NCBI GenBank assembly: GCA_013239625.1
Contig: MU053216.1
Span: forward strand, 806,001 to 870,000
Reading direction: 5' to 3'
DNA length: 64,000 nt
Origin: Lama guanicoe
Lineage: Eukaryota
Position numbers and translations under genes: made by a program. Of the stretch, positions 1 to 13,067 are shown piece after piece; positions within the stretch are counted from its first letter, which is position 1, and each line of letters begins with the position of its first letter. The notes under the pieces were generated by a model. The model did not search any database, was not told the origin of the DNA, and was given only the letters and a program-made list of their open reading frames with translations.

Positions 1-329
1 GGGGCTGGGAAGCCGGCGGAGGAAGCCCAGCCCCCTCTGCCCCCGGTTCACCAGCGCTTCCAACACGCACTTCCGTGCTCTCCCCTCGGCAGCCCCTCCA
101 GGTAATGGGGCCCTGTCACCCTCATCCTCTAATGGGGAAGAGGTCAGGCGGTCCAACGTCCCCAGGGCAGCCTGAGGAGGGCCACCAGCAGGAGGAGGGC
201 GGGGCACGCCTCAGAATGACAGCCACGGGAGCCAGTGACAGGGGCACCTTCGCTGACCAACCAGCTCATCAGACCTCGGCCTCACACCCCACGCAGCCTT
301 GGGGTCCTCAACCGGCAGCTTCACACGTG

Positions 330-1025
330 GGCCCAGCGCAGCGCCCTCCCGTGGGGGAGGCCCATCCGCCCCACGGCGCGCGCCAGCTGGACTGTCCACC
401 CCCAGCTGCCCACGGGCTGCCCCTACCCGGTGGTGATGTCGTCGTCCTCCGTCATGGTCTTCCCCATGAGGTCACTGTCGCTCATGTAGCCGGACTTGAG
501 GTCCACGTCGTCCGAGTCCAGGGACTCGACGAGCTCCAGGCGCGAGATGTGGCCGAGCTTGCTGGGGGAGCGCATGGGCATGGTGTGCGAGTAGTGCGCT
601 CGCTCCCCGTGCGCGTACCAGGCGGGCGGCCCCTCCGAGCGGCCGCCGCCCACCGACGGCGCGTCGCCCGCCTGCAGCCGCGGGCTGGACTGGCCGTAGC
701 GCCAGGACAGGGGCGACGAGCGGTTGGACAGGCTGGACACGCTGCGAGGGTTGGCGTCATCACTGTCATAGCAGGCCATCTCCAGGGAGCTGGGCGGGGC
801 GGAAGGGCACCGGTTACTCTGCAGCCCGGCCGCTCTGAGCCTGTCCCGCGTCCACTCTCACGCCCTCCCGCCTCTGTGCGCCGCCCCAGCGCCCGGGCCT
901 CCAGCGGGCCTCTCGCGGTGTGTGCGGCCCCTGCCGTGAGCCAGCTCGGACTGTCGGAGGAAGAGGACGGTGAGTGCTGGGGCAGGAGTCCTGCACACGG
1001 CCGCGGGCACAGGGTTTGCGGCACG
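330..1025. promoter_or_regulatory. Intragenic CpG-rich island over the 363-nt exon
   Basis: High CpG density by inspection, extending into both flanking introns. Confidence 0.5.
427..789 (-). CDS. NAV1: NAV1 363-nt coding exon (SLEMACYDSDDANPRSVSSLSNRSSPLSWRYGQSSPRLQAGDAPS...KSGYMSDSDLMGKTMTEDDDITTG)
   Basis: Acceptor gccccgcccag| at 790 and donor GG|GTAGGG at 426, phase 2/2. Contains the navigator-family motifs WRYGQSSPRLQAGDAPS and SGYMSD. Confidence 0.97.
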
Positions 1026-1084
1026 ACCTGGGCTGGAACCCTTCCCCACCACTGACTAGTCAGCCACCAGAGGAAACGCATCAG

Positions 1085-1212
1085 CCTCGCCAGGCCTCCA
1101 CCTCCTCCTCTGCAAAGTGGGCATAGCAGCTGCTTCGTCCTCTGTGAACGGGTAAGGGTCACACGTGCAAAGACCTAACACGGTGCCTGCTCTACGGAAG
1201 GTGCTCAGAAAA
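1085..1212 (+). mobile_element. MIR SINE fragment
   Basis: gcctccacctcctcctctgcaaagtgggcatag ... aacacggtgcctgctctacggaaggtgctcagaaa. Confidence 0.6.
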
Positions 1213-4200
1213 CAGGAAGAGAGACCTGGGGGGGGGGTCGCCTGAGCGTGGGAGGCCTGGATCACTCCCTTTGCTCAGGTACCTCTTTTCTGTTTCCAAG
1301 CTCAGGGTGAACTGCTCCCAAACCAGAGACGGCAGAGCCAGGAGTAGGGTGCACAGCGTACAGAACAAGCTTTAGGAACCTGAGATGTCCCCAGCACGAC
1401 TGGCCCAAGGTGAGGGCATCAGAGGCAGCAGAACCTCACCAGAGGACAGAGCAGCCCAAGCCGGACAGGAGAGAACACAGGGAAACGGACGGACGGGGTG
1501 AAGGCCAGGACTTCCAGGGTGCCCAGTCCCAGGCCCCGCTGGGCCAGGTGGAAGAAGCAGCCTAGATGGCCTGAGCCCAGGGCACCGGGGGGCTGTGGAA
1601 GGAGATGCCTTTCTCCCGTGGGGGCCAAGGTGCTGCAGAGAGAAAGCATAGCTGGGATCTGCTTGGACCGGTGGCCTGGATTTGGGTTCACAGACCCATA
1701 GCACCACCCAGCCTACGGTGCTCCTGCCCACCAACCACAGGGAGGGGCTCAGTGGCTTGGCCTAAGTGAAGCCACAGGTCTAGGAAACGAAACGGGACCT
1801 GTGGACCGAGAGCGCTGGACGGTGAAAGCAACTTGAGTTACCCAAAGCCCAGGAACCTTCACTCCGCGCACACACCTGCTTCTTAGCCACTCTGTGGGGT
1901 TGGACGGGGGTGGGACACTGATTTTTCTATTTCTAAACTGGAGGGAGCAGAGTGGGCCCTGAGCCTGATGGTGGTCCCTGCAGAAGTCCTGTGGATGGGC
2001 AGGGGACCCTGGCTGGGCAGAGCAGTTAGTGACCACTGCCTCTGACCCTCGTGGACCATGAGGCTCGTCCCTGCAGAAGACCTAAGACAGAAGGCAGCTC
2101 CCTGAAGGAGAGACCGTGGTCCTGTGGGCCGACCTGCCTCGCGCACCACTGCGTGTCACCACTCTGCTCTGGGCCTGGCAAGGGCTCGGTGGCCGAGAAC
2201 GCATGGAGGGTGAGAAGCCATGACGCATGAGCAGGGCATGCTGAGTTATGAGAGTCAGCACCAGGCCTCGAGCAGTAAGTGCTCAACAAACAGGGAAGCA
2301 GGGAGCAGAAGGAGGAGGATGGTGACGACCGGGGGGCAGGACAACGGAGAGTCCAGGGGGGCAGTTCCTGTAAGAAAATGCACGTAGACTGTGGGGCCGA
2401 GTGTCCAGACCCTGTCCCTGTCCCTGTCCCTGGCGGGCCCCGTCCCTGGCGGGCAGCCTGTTGGACTCATCACACCACAAGTGCCTCTTCCTCCTCCTCC
2501 TCACTGTTCCTTCTTGTCCCCAAACACATCTCCAAGCATCTCTTGGCGGGTGGCGGAAGATTCTAGCTCAAAGTTCGTCCTTGATTTCTAGTCCTGGATC
2601 CAGCCCTGTGGTCTTGCTTCTCTCTGGGGAGGAGTTTTTGGGGTGGAGGGCATGGTGGGCCTGGCGCAGGGGGGAGGGCAGAGTTTCATTTCCCCTCCAG
2701 CCCCAGCCCCTGACCCAGACGCTCTCCGTGCTGGGGAAATGAGCCAGGAGAAACAGAGGAAGTGGGCCAGGAGGGAGGGTTTCGGAAAAGGAACTGAATC
2801 TACAGTTAGTCTCCAAGTTCCAGGGTGAAAATGACCTTGCTGGAGGCACTCACTGGTCGGTAACCCCCTCAGGGACAGCCTGTGTCCGTCCTCAGGGCGG
2901 GTGCCCTGCACTGCGCCTGTGCACAGCCGGCTGGGCTCTCGGCTCGCTGGACGCAGACGCCACCCTGATCGGCCTGTGTGACTCTGCAGCGGGACCCCTT
3001 CTCCCAGCCTCTCGCTGCTCCTTCTCAAACCCAGGGGATGTGTATGTACCCTGTCCACCCCAGGGCTGAGGCCAGGGCTGATGGATGGAAAGCACTTCAA
3101 TAAGTAAAAGGGCCATAAAAGTTCAGGGAATCATTGTTTGGGCTATCGAAGTGTGGACCAGGGTAATATAAACCAAAGGCTAAGAGAGGAAGTGGCTCTG
3201 GGTCCACAGTAAACAGAAAAACCAGCTCAGGGCTCTCGGTTTCTTTCCCATAAAGGGAGACAGAAGCCAGAGGCCCAAGGCCTTCCCCCCGGACCAGACG
3301 ACTTGGTGCAAAAGGTTTCTGGCTTCCCTCCTCCGGCTCCAACCTCCCAGAAAGCAGCAGAGCCTGCCCGGGGTCAAGCTCTTAACTGGGGGGCCGGGGG
3401 CTCAGAGTCCGGGGAACAGGAGGCGGGAGCCCCGCTTCTGCCCTTCCCCAGTGGGCGAGTCATCTGGGGTGTGACCCCCGCAGGGACAAAGCACTTGCCG
3501 TCCTCTCTGGTCTGGGGCTGGCTGGTGATTTGGCGCTAAGCCGGCTGCAGCAACTTCCCTGCCTGGGGGAAGGATGTTCAAGATGCCATCCATGGGGCCC
3601 CTAAAACGGTGAGCCGAGCCAGACCCCACCCCACTGAGGCTCCTGCTCGGGGCCGTGAGGGATGGAGGCTGGAGACACATGTAAAGGGACCCGAGCCCCA
3701 GGGCCTCCTGGAGCACCACCGTCCACTTTTCTCCAGACCGCTCTGATCACATCCCTCTCAGCCGTGGTCCTGCTGGCCTGAGCAGAGGTGACCTCAGAAG
3801 GAAGACGCTTTGCTTTATCGTTTGAAGTGTTTGGATGTCTGGGAGCAGAGCGCAGTGTCCCAGGTGGAGGGTGGGACAGGGGCTGGGAGAGGAGCGGTGG
3901 ACAGGGGGAGAAGAGGTCTTTGCAGGAGGACCGCGGCCAGTGGGTGGGTGCTACTGAAGCCGGCTTCTGCTCCGTTTCACAGCAGTGGCAGCCCCACGAG
4001 GATGGGGACGGCTGAGGGGTGATGAGTTCTCTGTCACTGGAGGCATGCAGCTTTAGTCTGGATTTCACATGGCCACACACTTGGGCTAAAGAAAGCCCTC
4101 TTTCCGTCCCTCTGTGTCCCAGCTTTGCTCTCATTTTCCAACTCTAGGAGACGGGGAGGAACCTGCTTCCAGTCCAGCTGGAGAGGCTGCCCATCCCTCT

Positions 4201-4876
4201 CTCAACCCTCCTGCTCCACGTCCCCCCACCCCGATGTCTCAATCCTGGCTGTTGGCTCCCTCCCTCGCTACCCCCAGGGTGGAGCCCGGCCCTCTGTCCC
4301 CCTTGGAGCTGAGGCATGAGCTCATCTGGGCAGCCCGAGGAGCCAGAGGGGAAAGTCTGAGTCACGGCAGCGCCCGCGGCCAGGACGCCGGTGCAGGAGA
4401 GGCGAGTGCCCCGCGCGGCCCTCGGCTGCGAGGCCTCGCCAAGGGCAGGTGGAGGGGCCCCCGCTGTGCTGGCCCCGGGTGGGAGGAGGAGGAAGGACCC
4501 CGGGTGTCGGGAAGGGCCCGACCCTGGAGTCCAGAACGCTGGGAGCTCAGAACTGGAGGACAAAGGGAATTAATGATGCCGTGTGACCACGTGGAGACTG
4601 GCACCACAGGTGGGAAGCGGACACAGGGGATCACACACTGAGCCCTGTGCTGGTGTCTGCTCCCCGCCCCTCCTCCCCCGCTTCTGCCTAGTGATTTTCC
4701 AACTGAATTAAATGAAATGTAACTCTCGAGCAGAAGCAGACACCAGGCAAGGCCACACTTCTCCCGTGGACGTGGCCGAGCCCTGGCTCCCGCAGCTCTG
4801 ACCCCAGGGGCTGAGGATGTAGGCCTGGGCCAAGGTCACAGGGCCCTGCCCTCCACGGTCAGGGAAGGGCTCTTAC

Positions 4877-4979
4877 CTGTGAGTCACCTGGGACCCTCGC
4901 AGGCTGCACATGGTCTCTTCCAGGTTTTGCCGGAGATCCAGCACATTCTGCACCGTCCTCTTTCTCTGTGACTCGGGGT
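4877..4979 (-). CDS. NAV1: NAV1 103-nt coding exon (DPESQRKRTVQNVLDLRQNLEETMCSLRGSQVTHS)
   Basis: Acceptor tctccctccag| at 4980 and donor AG|GTAAGA at 4876. Phase 1 in and phase 2 out fit both neighbouring exons. The peptide is NAV1. Confidence 0.97.
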
Positions 4980-5269
4980 CTGGAGGGAGAAGAGCTGGGT
5001 GAATGACAAGGATTTGCCTCCTGGTGATCGGGGATGTGGAAGGTGACCCTACCCCAGGAGGCCAGTCCCTGGGACGTGCTGTCTGCCTCTCAGGCCATCC
5101 TGAGCCCCTTGACGTCCCAGCCCTGGAAGGGGCCTTCGGTGTCCGTGCACCCCCGTGGCCCCAAAAGACCACCTGTGCCTGGCTTCGTGCAGGGGCTGTG
5201 CTCCTCCCAGCAGGGGCCCGGCCAGGCTCCCGGGGCTGGGGGCAGCCGGCATGTCTGCCCGAAACGCCG

Positions 5270-5462
5270 CCGGTGATGTGTTGGTAAACGTTTAACCACT
5301 GGCTGTTGGAGGTGGGGAGACCCAAATTTGTCGTGTTTGCCAGCTTTGGGGTGCAAATACCCTGCACGGCTGCTGTCAGGCTAGCAGCGTGACGCCAGAC
5401 TCCAGGAGAGGCGGGAAGGGTGGGCTCTGGGAGCCAGCACGAGCCAGCGTCAGTCTCCACCC
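5270..5462. mobile_element. MER63-like (hAT-Blackjack) DNA transposon fossil
   Basis: ggtgatgtgttggtaaacgtttaaccactggct...aatttgtcgtgtttgccag...gtgcaaatac...ggctctgggagccagcacgagccag. Confidence 0.7.
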
Positions 5463-7440
5463 TCCCTGGACCCCGGGCACTGACTGGGAGCTTTGGCAGT
5501 TGCTGGGGGCATCCAGCGGAGAGAGTTCAGCCAGAGCCCCCCAAATGCTGGTGGGGAGGGGGCAGTGAGCAGCCACCCTCTGGAGCAAGGGCTGAGCAAG
5601 GAGACCTTGTGCCACAGGTGCGATCCTGGGTGAGGACAGGTGGGTCCAGCCCCCACCCTAGAAGCCTATGCTCCTGGTCTTGGTTTCCAGGGAGGGGATG
5701 AGCCCGCGCAGGTGAGAGTCAATGCCAGCAGACAGAGATCTATCCCCTCTCCTGTCCAGGGTGAGCGCAACCAGAAAACAGAGGTACCCGAGCAGGAAGG
5801 GACTCAAGAACCTCCTCCTTCCATCAGTCCATTAAGGGAATCTTTATAAGACACGATTTGAGCAGATACCACAGTCATCCCTGCCCTACGGCTCATCCTT
5901 GACCTTGGGACCCAATCACTGAATGGAAGCAAGTCCCCCAGTGTCTCCCTGACAGACAACGTACTGGAGAGTCAGGGACCCACAGAGGCATGGCGGCAAA
6001 GCAACGGAGAAGGCCCAGGAGCTCGGACCCTCCAGGCTACCCACCCCACCTGCTCTGTCCAGACCCCTGTAGTCCTCCCAAAGCCCATGGGCCTCCCCAC
6101 CCAGGCTCGGCAGGAGCGCGAGGCTCTTCCAGCTGCTGAAGGGGACGTTTGTGGGTCCCTTACGAGGTATTTTTCCCCCAGGACTGAGCTCAGGGCAGCT
6201 GGCAGGCGGCTGCTCTGTCTTGTCAGTGCAGGAGGCTGGGGAGGGAGGTGAGTAGCCAGGTGGCATGGCCCTTCCAGAGCCTCGGAGGCACCTTTTCTGA
6301 GAACCAGCTCCGCACTCAGCCCAGCCCAGCCCTTCCACTCCCGCTCCCGGGGGCCTGGAAGAGGCTGTGCACGTGGGGGCGGGGTGGGGGCCTGGCCGGA
6401 GGCTGGCAGGGACGAGGGCAGGCCTCTGTGCGTCACCCCGCGGCTGCCAACGCCTGTTTATCCTGGCAGGGGTCACCTCGTGAGCTGCTCGGTGGTGGCA
6501 ATGATGGCCTGGCATGGAAAACAGACAGGGTCACGAAGTGTAATGTGTTTTTAATGCTGGGCTCTAGAATGCCCACAGGGGCCCAAGCACACGGTTCCAA
6601 GATGTGGGTTTCTGGGCCAGGGCAATGCTTTCCTCGGGTTTGGCAGAAATGAGGGAAAAGGCAGGCATGACTCCAGGGGTGGGCAGCCCCGAGGGGGAGG
6701 GGACCAGGAGTGACTCAGAGTCCGCGTGTGCCCCCCTCCCCCGCTGGACCCTCACAGCATTCTGTACTGCTGCCCCATTTCACAGACTCGGAGGGTGAAG
6801 CGCGCCGCCCCAGGGTCACACGCCTGCCTGCAGCGCAGAGCAGAGCCGATCCCAGGAGGAAGCGCGCATGCCTTCTGATCTCTCAGGGCATCTCTGCCCG
6901 GTGGCGTGCTCAGTGAGGGCCGTGGGAGGCGCTCAGGGAGCGTTCCGAGGACGCTCTCTGCTGTGTGACCACAATAAAAGTGCATTAAGGAAGAGTGGAC
7001 GCAGGCGTGTCCCATTAGGAAGATGTCGATCCCACGTGGTGGCCAGCCCAGGGTGGGCCTCTCTGCTCCTGATGCTCCAGGCCCTGGGACCCGGGGGATC
7101 TAGGACCCGGATCTTAACGCTCTAGTAGTGACAGGAAAAGACCCTCCTTCTTCTCACAGCACCAGTCACGGTGCCCTTTTCCCTACAACCTGACTGTCAG
7201 AGACCTCCACCCTCGCCCCAGCAGAGCAGGGCAGGACCACCCCAAAGTCTTCAGACTTGCCCCAAATCAGGGCCAGAAGAATCCTTGTTAGTGACGGTCC
7301 AGCGGGGTCACTGGAAGGACAGGAGGACAGGAGGCTGAGGTCCAGGGCCAGGGGCAACCGACTGGAGGTGCAGGGACTTGTTAATGAAAGACATGTGGCT
7401 GCTGCCCCCAGATGCAGTGGGCATGCTGAGAAGGAGGCTG

Positions 7441-7518
7441 GACAGTGGAGACAGAACAGGGACAGAGCGGGGACAGAGCTGCAGACAGAGCGGGGACAGA
7501 GCGAGGCAGAGCGGGGGG
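7441..7518. repeat. Degenerate 11-12 bp GACAGAGCGGG tandem repeat
   Basis: gacagagcggg gacagagctgca gacagagcggg gacagagcgag gcagagcggg. Confidence 0.75.
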
Positions 7519-7590
7519 GCTGGCTCTGTTCTCTGCCCCAGGTCTGGATTGTTCTGCAGAAGCCACCCCACGGCTCCCGCTGTGCCCCGG

Positions 7591-7609
7591 CAGCGCCCCC
7601 TGGTGGCCA
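7591..7609 (-). promoter_or_regulatory. CTCF binding motif
   Basis: Minus strand reads TGGCCACCAGGGGGCGCTG, essentially the CTCF core consensus. Confidence 0.8.
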
Positions 7610-10600
7610 TCTTGGGCATGTCCCCGCTCCTGGAAGGCTCGGCCCAGATGAGGATGGTGGTGAGGGCCCCTGAGAAGTCTGGCTGTGTCCAGATCCTCAG
7701 GTGACAGGCCCGCCCCCGGGGGTGCCGCGAGCCCCAGGAGAAGAGGGCTGACAGGCAAGCGAGGAAAGGCCTCCCAGGCGCCAGGGCCCCAGACCCCGTG
7801 CAGGGGAAGCGGGACAACTTGGCACTCACACCCCTAATCCCAGAAGCCAGTCTTTACGTTGTTTAGCTTAAAATATGAATAAGTTGCGTTTGCAAAAGAA
7901 CTCACCCCCCACCTCTGAGGCCAGCAGCACCGCCCTCCCTCCCACGCTGGGGGGCTGACTCAGCTGCCGCCCGGGCCCTCACTCCTCTCCCCATGGCTGG
8001 GGGCCTGGTGTCCCTGCTTCTCAGCTCCTGCAGAGCAGGGTCTGGTCCAGGTGCAAGAGGGATGCGCGTGCGTGTGCGTGTGCGTGAGAGAGAAGCAGGG
8101 CTGACAGGGAGGCCTTCAGGGGAGACGGATGGGGTGGAACACGAGTTTGTCCTGGCTGTGTCTCCAAGCCTTGCCCTGCAAATGGAGCAGCCGGGGAGGA
8201 TGTGTGTGCTCCCCAGGCAAAAGTCTCCCCTAACCCAGCTGTCACCGTGGCAACGCAAGTCGCCACAAACAGCATCCTCCCGGCATGCACTGCGGCACTG
8301 CAGGAGGGGCGGTGCTTCTTACAGGAGGCCCCAGAGCATGCTGCCTCCGCCATGAGCCTGCTGGCTATGGACGGCTGTCGGGGAGACCTGACACCAGGTG
8401 CACGCACGCACACACGTACACAAACAATGCGGGCACGAGAAGAGGCGCCTCCCACGTCTGCGTGACCCCTAAGCTCTGTTCTTCCCACTACAGCTCAGTG
8501 CCTAGGACACACACCTACCCGGGGCCCAGCCAGTCCAGACCGTGGAAGACTCACGTGAGAATCACACTCGCGCCATCTGTGTGCACGGACAGGGTTAGGG
8601 GACGTGTCTCCCGCTGCAGGTGTGGGAGAAGACTGAGGATGCTCGGGGTGAGTGAAGCTGGAGAGGGCAGTGCACTGGGCGGGCGCTGGTGAACAGGGTC
8701 CTTTCTGCTCTGAAGTCAGAGCTGGGGGGACAGGCCTCCCAGGAAGGCAAGACCGAGAACTTGCCAACCAAGAGACAGAGACCTGGCGGCCGTGGGGATG
8801 GGCGGAGCAGCAGCGAGGACACAGCACCCGGGGCGGGAAGGCCACGTGCAGGTGCTGGCGCTGCCCTTCTGCTCGGCGGGCCTGGCATGCGGCATCTCGG
8901 TTTGCGCAGCTTCCCCTCTGCTGAAGGAGGAGGTAGCGGGGGTTGCCGTGCGGATCAAAGAGCCGAGTCACCATGCTTGGCGCACGGTCAGTGCTCCGGC
9001 ACCAGGCAGCCCTCCTTTTTCAGAAGGCGCAGAGCGGGTGGGTGGGCAGCGGGCGCCCTCGGAAGGATGGGACCAGAGCCAGCTGCCCAGCTCTTTCATC
9101 TGAGGGGACCCTGCCTCAGGTGGGCTCCACGTCTGCTGGGACCTCGTTCTGGCGGGGAGGCCCTTCCACGTGGAGGGGTCACTGGCCTGACTCCCCCTGC
9201 CCCGCAGTGATGTGACGTCTTCAGCCCCTGTCCCTGCGACCGACCCTGGTCTCAGCCGTGGGAAGCGCTGGGCCTCAGACCCCTTATGGGGCCTTCAGTC
9301 TGAAACCTGCACTGAAAGGTAAGGACCCCACCCAACAGGGTCACGGGCACAGGGAGGAGGTACGCGGGGACCCGCTGCCCAGCAGTCAGACGGCCCCAAG
9401 TTCCGTTCAGGTTTAATTACTGGCTGAAGATTAAGCAAAACTCACTCAGCCTGCTGAAATCTTAATTACTTCCACCAACGTTTCAGAACCACAGCAACGC
9501 AGCCCAGGGCAGGGGCCACAGGGGACGGTGTTTGCGTCTGGCTCCCAGGCTGGCTTCTGTCGGGAGGGGCTGGACCAGCTGGGAACCTGCAGAAGCAGCG
9601 AAAGTGGCTCAAGAGGCGGGGCATTCTCAAGTCCCGGCGTCTCAGAGCTTAAAGGAAGCAGCCGCCTCCACGGGAGAAACAGCTTGTCGCTCAGGCCCCG
9701 GGAGGGAAGGGCCTGGCCAGCGCCACCAGCTGGGCACCTCCACGCTGTGCACCAGGGTCGTGAGGCACCGAGGCTTCACCGGAAGAGGTGACCATGCGTA
9801 AACCAGCTGTCTGAGGTGGTACGGAATGCGTCCACCGAGGGAGGGACTAAGCATCGCGCGCACGCGCGCACGCGCGCACACACCCTCTCTCAGCGACTCC
9901 CAAAAGGAAAAACGCCTCTCCTGACCCCACTAGGTCCCAAGGTGGCGTCTCAGTCTTCTCTGAATTCTGAGTTTGCCACTTTGGGGTCCCAGTGCACACA
10001 GGGCACACACCATTCCAATAAAAGCCATCACAAACACAGACATCTCTCTAACGAAGTGGCCTCCAGCCCCCGCCAGCGGGCCACCGTCCCCCAACAGTAC
10101 CTGGAGCAGCGCCCCGCTCCTCCGCTCCGGGCCCAGCCAGGGAGGGCGCCCTGCACCCGCCTCGGTGCCCTTGGGTGCCCCCACGCGCCAGGTCTCCGCT
10201 CATGGCTCGGAGGCCCCCTGCAAGGGGTGTGCGGCCTCCTGCAGCCAGTGACCCTGCCGTAGGTGGGCTCCTAGCAGCCTGGGCCTCAGAAAGCTCAGTC
10301 CTGCACGAGGCGCGGCTCGGGCTGAAAGGGACAGAGGACCCAGCTCACAAGCCTCCCCTGCCCTCGAGCACAGCCCAGTGACCCCTCCTGCAGCCCCCGC
10401 CCCTTCCTCCACCCCTTCCCTCACCACCTGCTGACCCCAGAGGCTGCAGGAAGAGCCGGGCGGGCCTCCAGGCAAGCGCCCCCCACTTCCACGAGCGTGC
10501 AGGCGGAGGAGGTTTTCTGTTACTAGTTCTATCATTCCGTTCGCCGCCCACTAAGTCACAATATTGTGGGAGGCGGCTGTCACAGAGCCCTGCAGGGTGA

Positions 10601-11604
10601 CAAGTGCCATGATCCCCGCTGTCAAGTGCTCCTGTTCCCCAGTGGGCTCCTGGGTCCCCATCCTCGCCCCTGAGAAGCCCAAACCTTCTCAACTAGCCAG
10701 CGACCCACTGCAGCTCAGCGGTCAGCGGCCCTCCACTGCCTCCTGTGTGGGCAGAACACCCAGAAAGAGCCGGGACGACAGAAGCAAGGCACTGGCCACA
10801 TGCACGTGTGAGGCTGGAAAAGGAAACCAGGAGGGGAAGCAAGTCTGGGGCCAGAGAGAGGGGCGCAAAGGGGCACCCCGGCCTGAAACCGGCGGCAAGG
10901 GTCTCTCCAGATCACCAACAGCTTTGATTTTGACTGAGAGAGAGGATTTGGCTCCGAGACCCTCAGTATGTGTCTCCCCTGGGCACTGGGCCAAGAGGAG
11001 GTGCGAGGCAGGGGAGGAGAGAAGGGGGGCCGCGGGTGGTGGTGCGGGTTCTCGCTTGGCCTTCCTGAGGGCACAGGCCAGTTAGCTGTGGGGCTTTGGG
11101 TAAATTACTTCCCCTCTCTGGGCTTCAGCTTCTCTGTCGATAAAATAAGGGAGCTGGGGCATGGGATACCCAAGGCCCCAATCCACTCTGACGGCACCCC
11201 AGGGTCGTACAGCTCTGTGGTTGGCTGAAGCCTGTACAGGCATCTTTCCTCCCCAGAGTGTGTGAAGACGCAGGTGCCCGGGTGTCGCCCCCAGAGATTA
11301 CGATGCAGCAGGTTGGAGACGGGCCAGGAATCTGCACCACCACAAGCCCCCATCGTGGGTGACGTGATGCAGACAGTCACGTTGAGAAGTCAGGCCCTCT
11401 CACTGCCCGCCACTGGCACAGGCTGTGCATCGGAACCGGGGCCTTGAGTTCCTGACGCGAGGCTGCAGGGCAGTGTGTCCTGGGCCGTCTACTCCCTTGG
11501 CACAAGCGCACTGTCCCTTCCCTGGGAAAGTCCACTCCCCCTTCTCCAGGCTTCACCCCTCCAGCTCCCCAGGGGACGCCCCGCCAGGGGCTCGCTGCTG
11601 AGAC

Positions 11605-11623
11605 TGGCCACCAGGGGGTGCTG
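11605..11623 (+). promoter_or_regulatory. CTCF binding motif
   Basis: TGGCCACCAGGGGGTGCTG, a near-consensus CTCF core. Confidence 0.7.
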
Positions 11624-13067
11624 CAGGCCCTCAGGCGCCATGGAGCCGCTGCCGCAGTGCTGCAGAGCGCGGCGCCCAGTGGGTCCCAGCCTCTGCGTCC
11701 TGCTTAGCACATCCCTTCTCCGGGCTCCGCGCTCCTGGGGCCCAGTGCCGACATCCTCCCCAACCCCCATCCTCCTCGGGAACAGACAAGGGTTTGCTGC
11801 ACCCATCCTGGGAGCCCGCCGGCTCTGGAGAGAGGGGGCAGAGGCTGGCTTCCGGCGCTGACAGTGTGGGGGTGGCCCCAACACCTACGGGCTCCCCTCG
11901 ACAAGCCCAGAGGCAGGGCCGAAGTTCCCAGAGACCCACTGGCCTTCCTGCTCCAGCAGCTGCAGACGCAGTGCTTGCTGCCCGTGGACAGTGGACCAGG
12001 CTTCAGTCCCGCCCCGTCACTTCTGCTGCTCCAAGGTGTTCCAGGGCACAACACCTCCTTAGGAGGAGGAAGCAGGGTCACCAGCCTGGCCCTTGCCGGG
12101 GGGAGTGGCTGCCTCTCTCTGCAGTGAGGAGCGGCCCAGTGCAGCCTGTGCTTTGGAAGAGCTTGGAGGGTGAGCACATAAGCTCCAGGGGCTACTGCCT
12201 GACACCTGGCACCGTGTGCCTTGGGGAGACTCTCTGGTCGAGGGCGGCCGGCGTCCAGGGCTGTGGGCCCTGGAGAGGGCGCCTGCCTTCAGCTCTGTTT
12301 GGAGGGGTGCTGGTTTGCTCACCCTGAATTCTGCCTCCTTTCCCTCTGAATGTGAGCTTCTAGGGTCAGAGAGCGGATTCTCAACACAGTCTGCCTACCC
12401 TCATTTAGAGACCTGGGTGCAGAGGGCTGGCCTCCTGCAGGTCATGGCCTGCCTGCGTCGGCTAGGGCTGGGGGCTGTGGGGCTGCGGGACGTGGCCCTG
12501 GTTCCCTGACAGCCCTGCTCTCCTGCCCGGTAAACCTCACCTCACGGTCTCCTGGCAATGCCCTCCAGTGATGCTGCCCGGAACCTGCACGTGACACTCG
12601 GCTCCAATGAAGTCGCAGCTGCTGGGAGCCCAGTGGTCGTTATGGAAACAGTTCTCACAGCACCCCCCAGGACCATCTGCTGGCAAAGGGGGGTGGGCAG
12701 GGGCTGGGCCTGGGCCCAGGTGTGGGCGACAATTGCAAGGGGCCCTGGGGGACTTCTGGTTGTGAAACTAGTAATACTAGTACGGCTAACTCGGCCAGCT
12801 CCTCCGGCGCCAGGCACGCTTCTCCGGGCTTTCAGTTTGTGGCTGGGTCAGTTGCCATGACGACCCTCTGAGGTGGTCCAGTTACCATCCCCATTGTAGA
12901 GTGAGGAAGCGGAAGCCTGGAGGGGTTACGTAAGCAAAGCCTGGACCAGAACCAGCCTGACTGCAGAGACACCGTCCTCTGACGTCGCTGCAGCCTCGGT
13001 GCACACAGACGAGCGCGTGCAGGGTGCTCGCAGAGCTCCCGTCCACAAGGCTTCGCAGCCCCCTTCC

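Noticed and set aside
75-1055. 326-aa plus-strand ORF (also 47424-48677 and 48136-49023)
   Set aside because: Antisense shadows of GC3-rich NAV1 exons, or read-through across N-runs.
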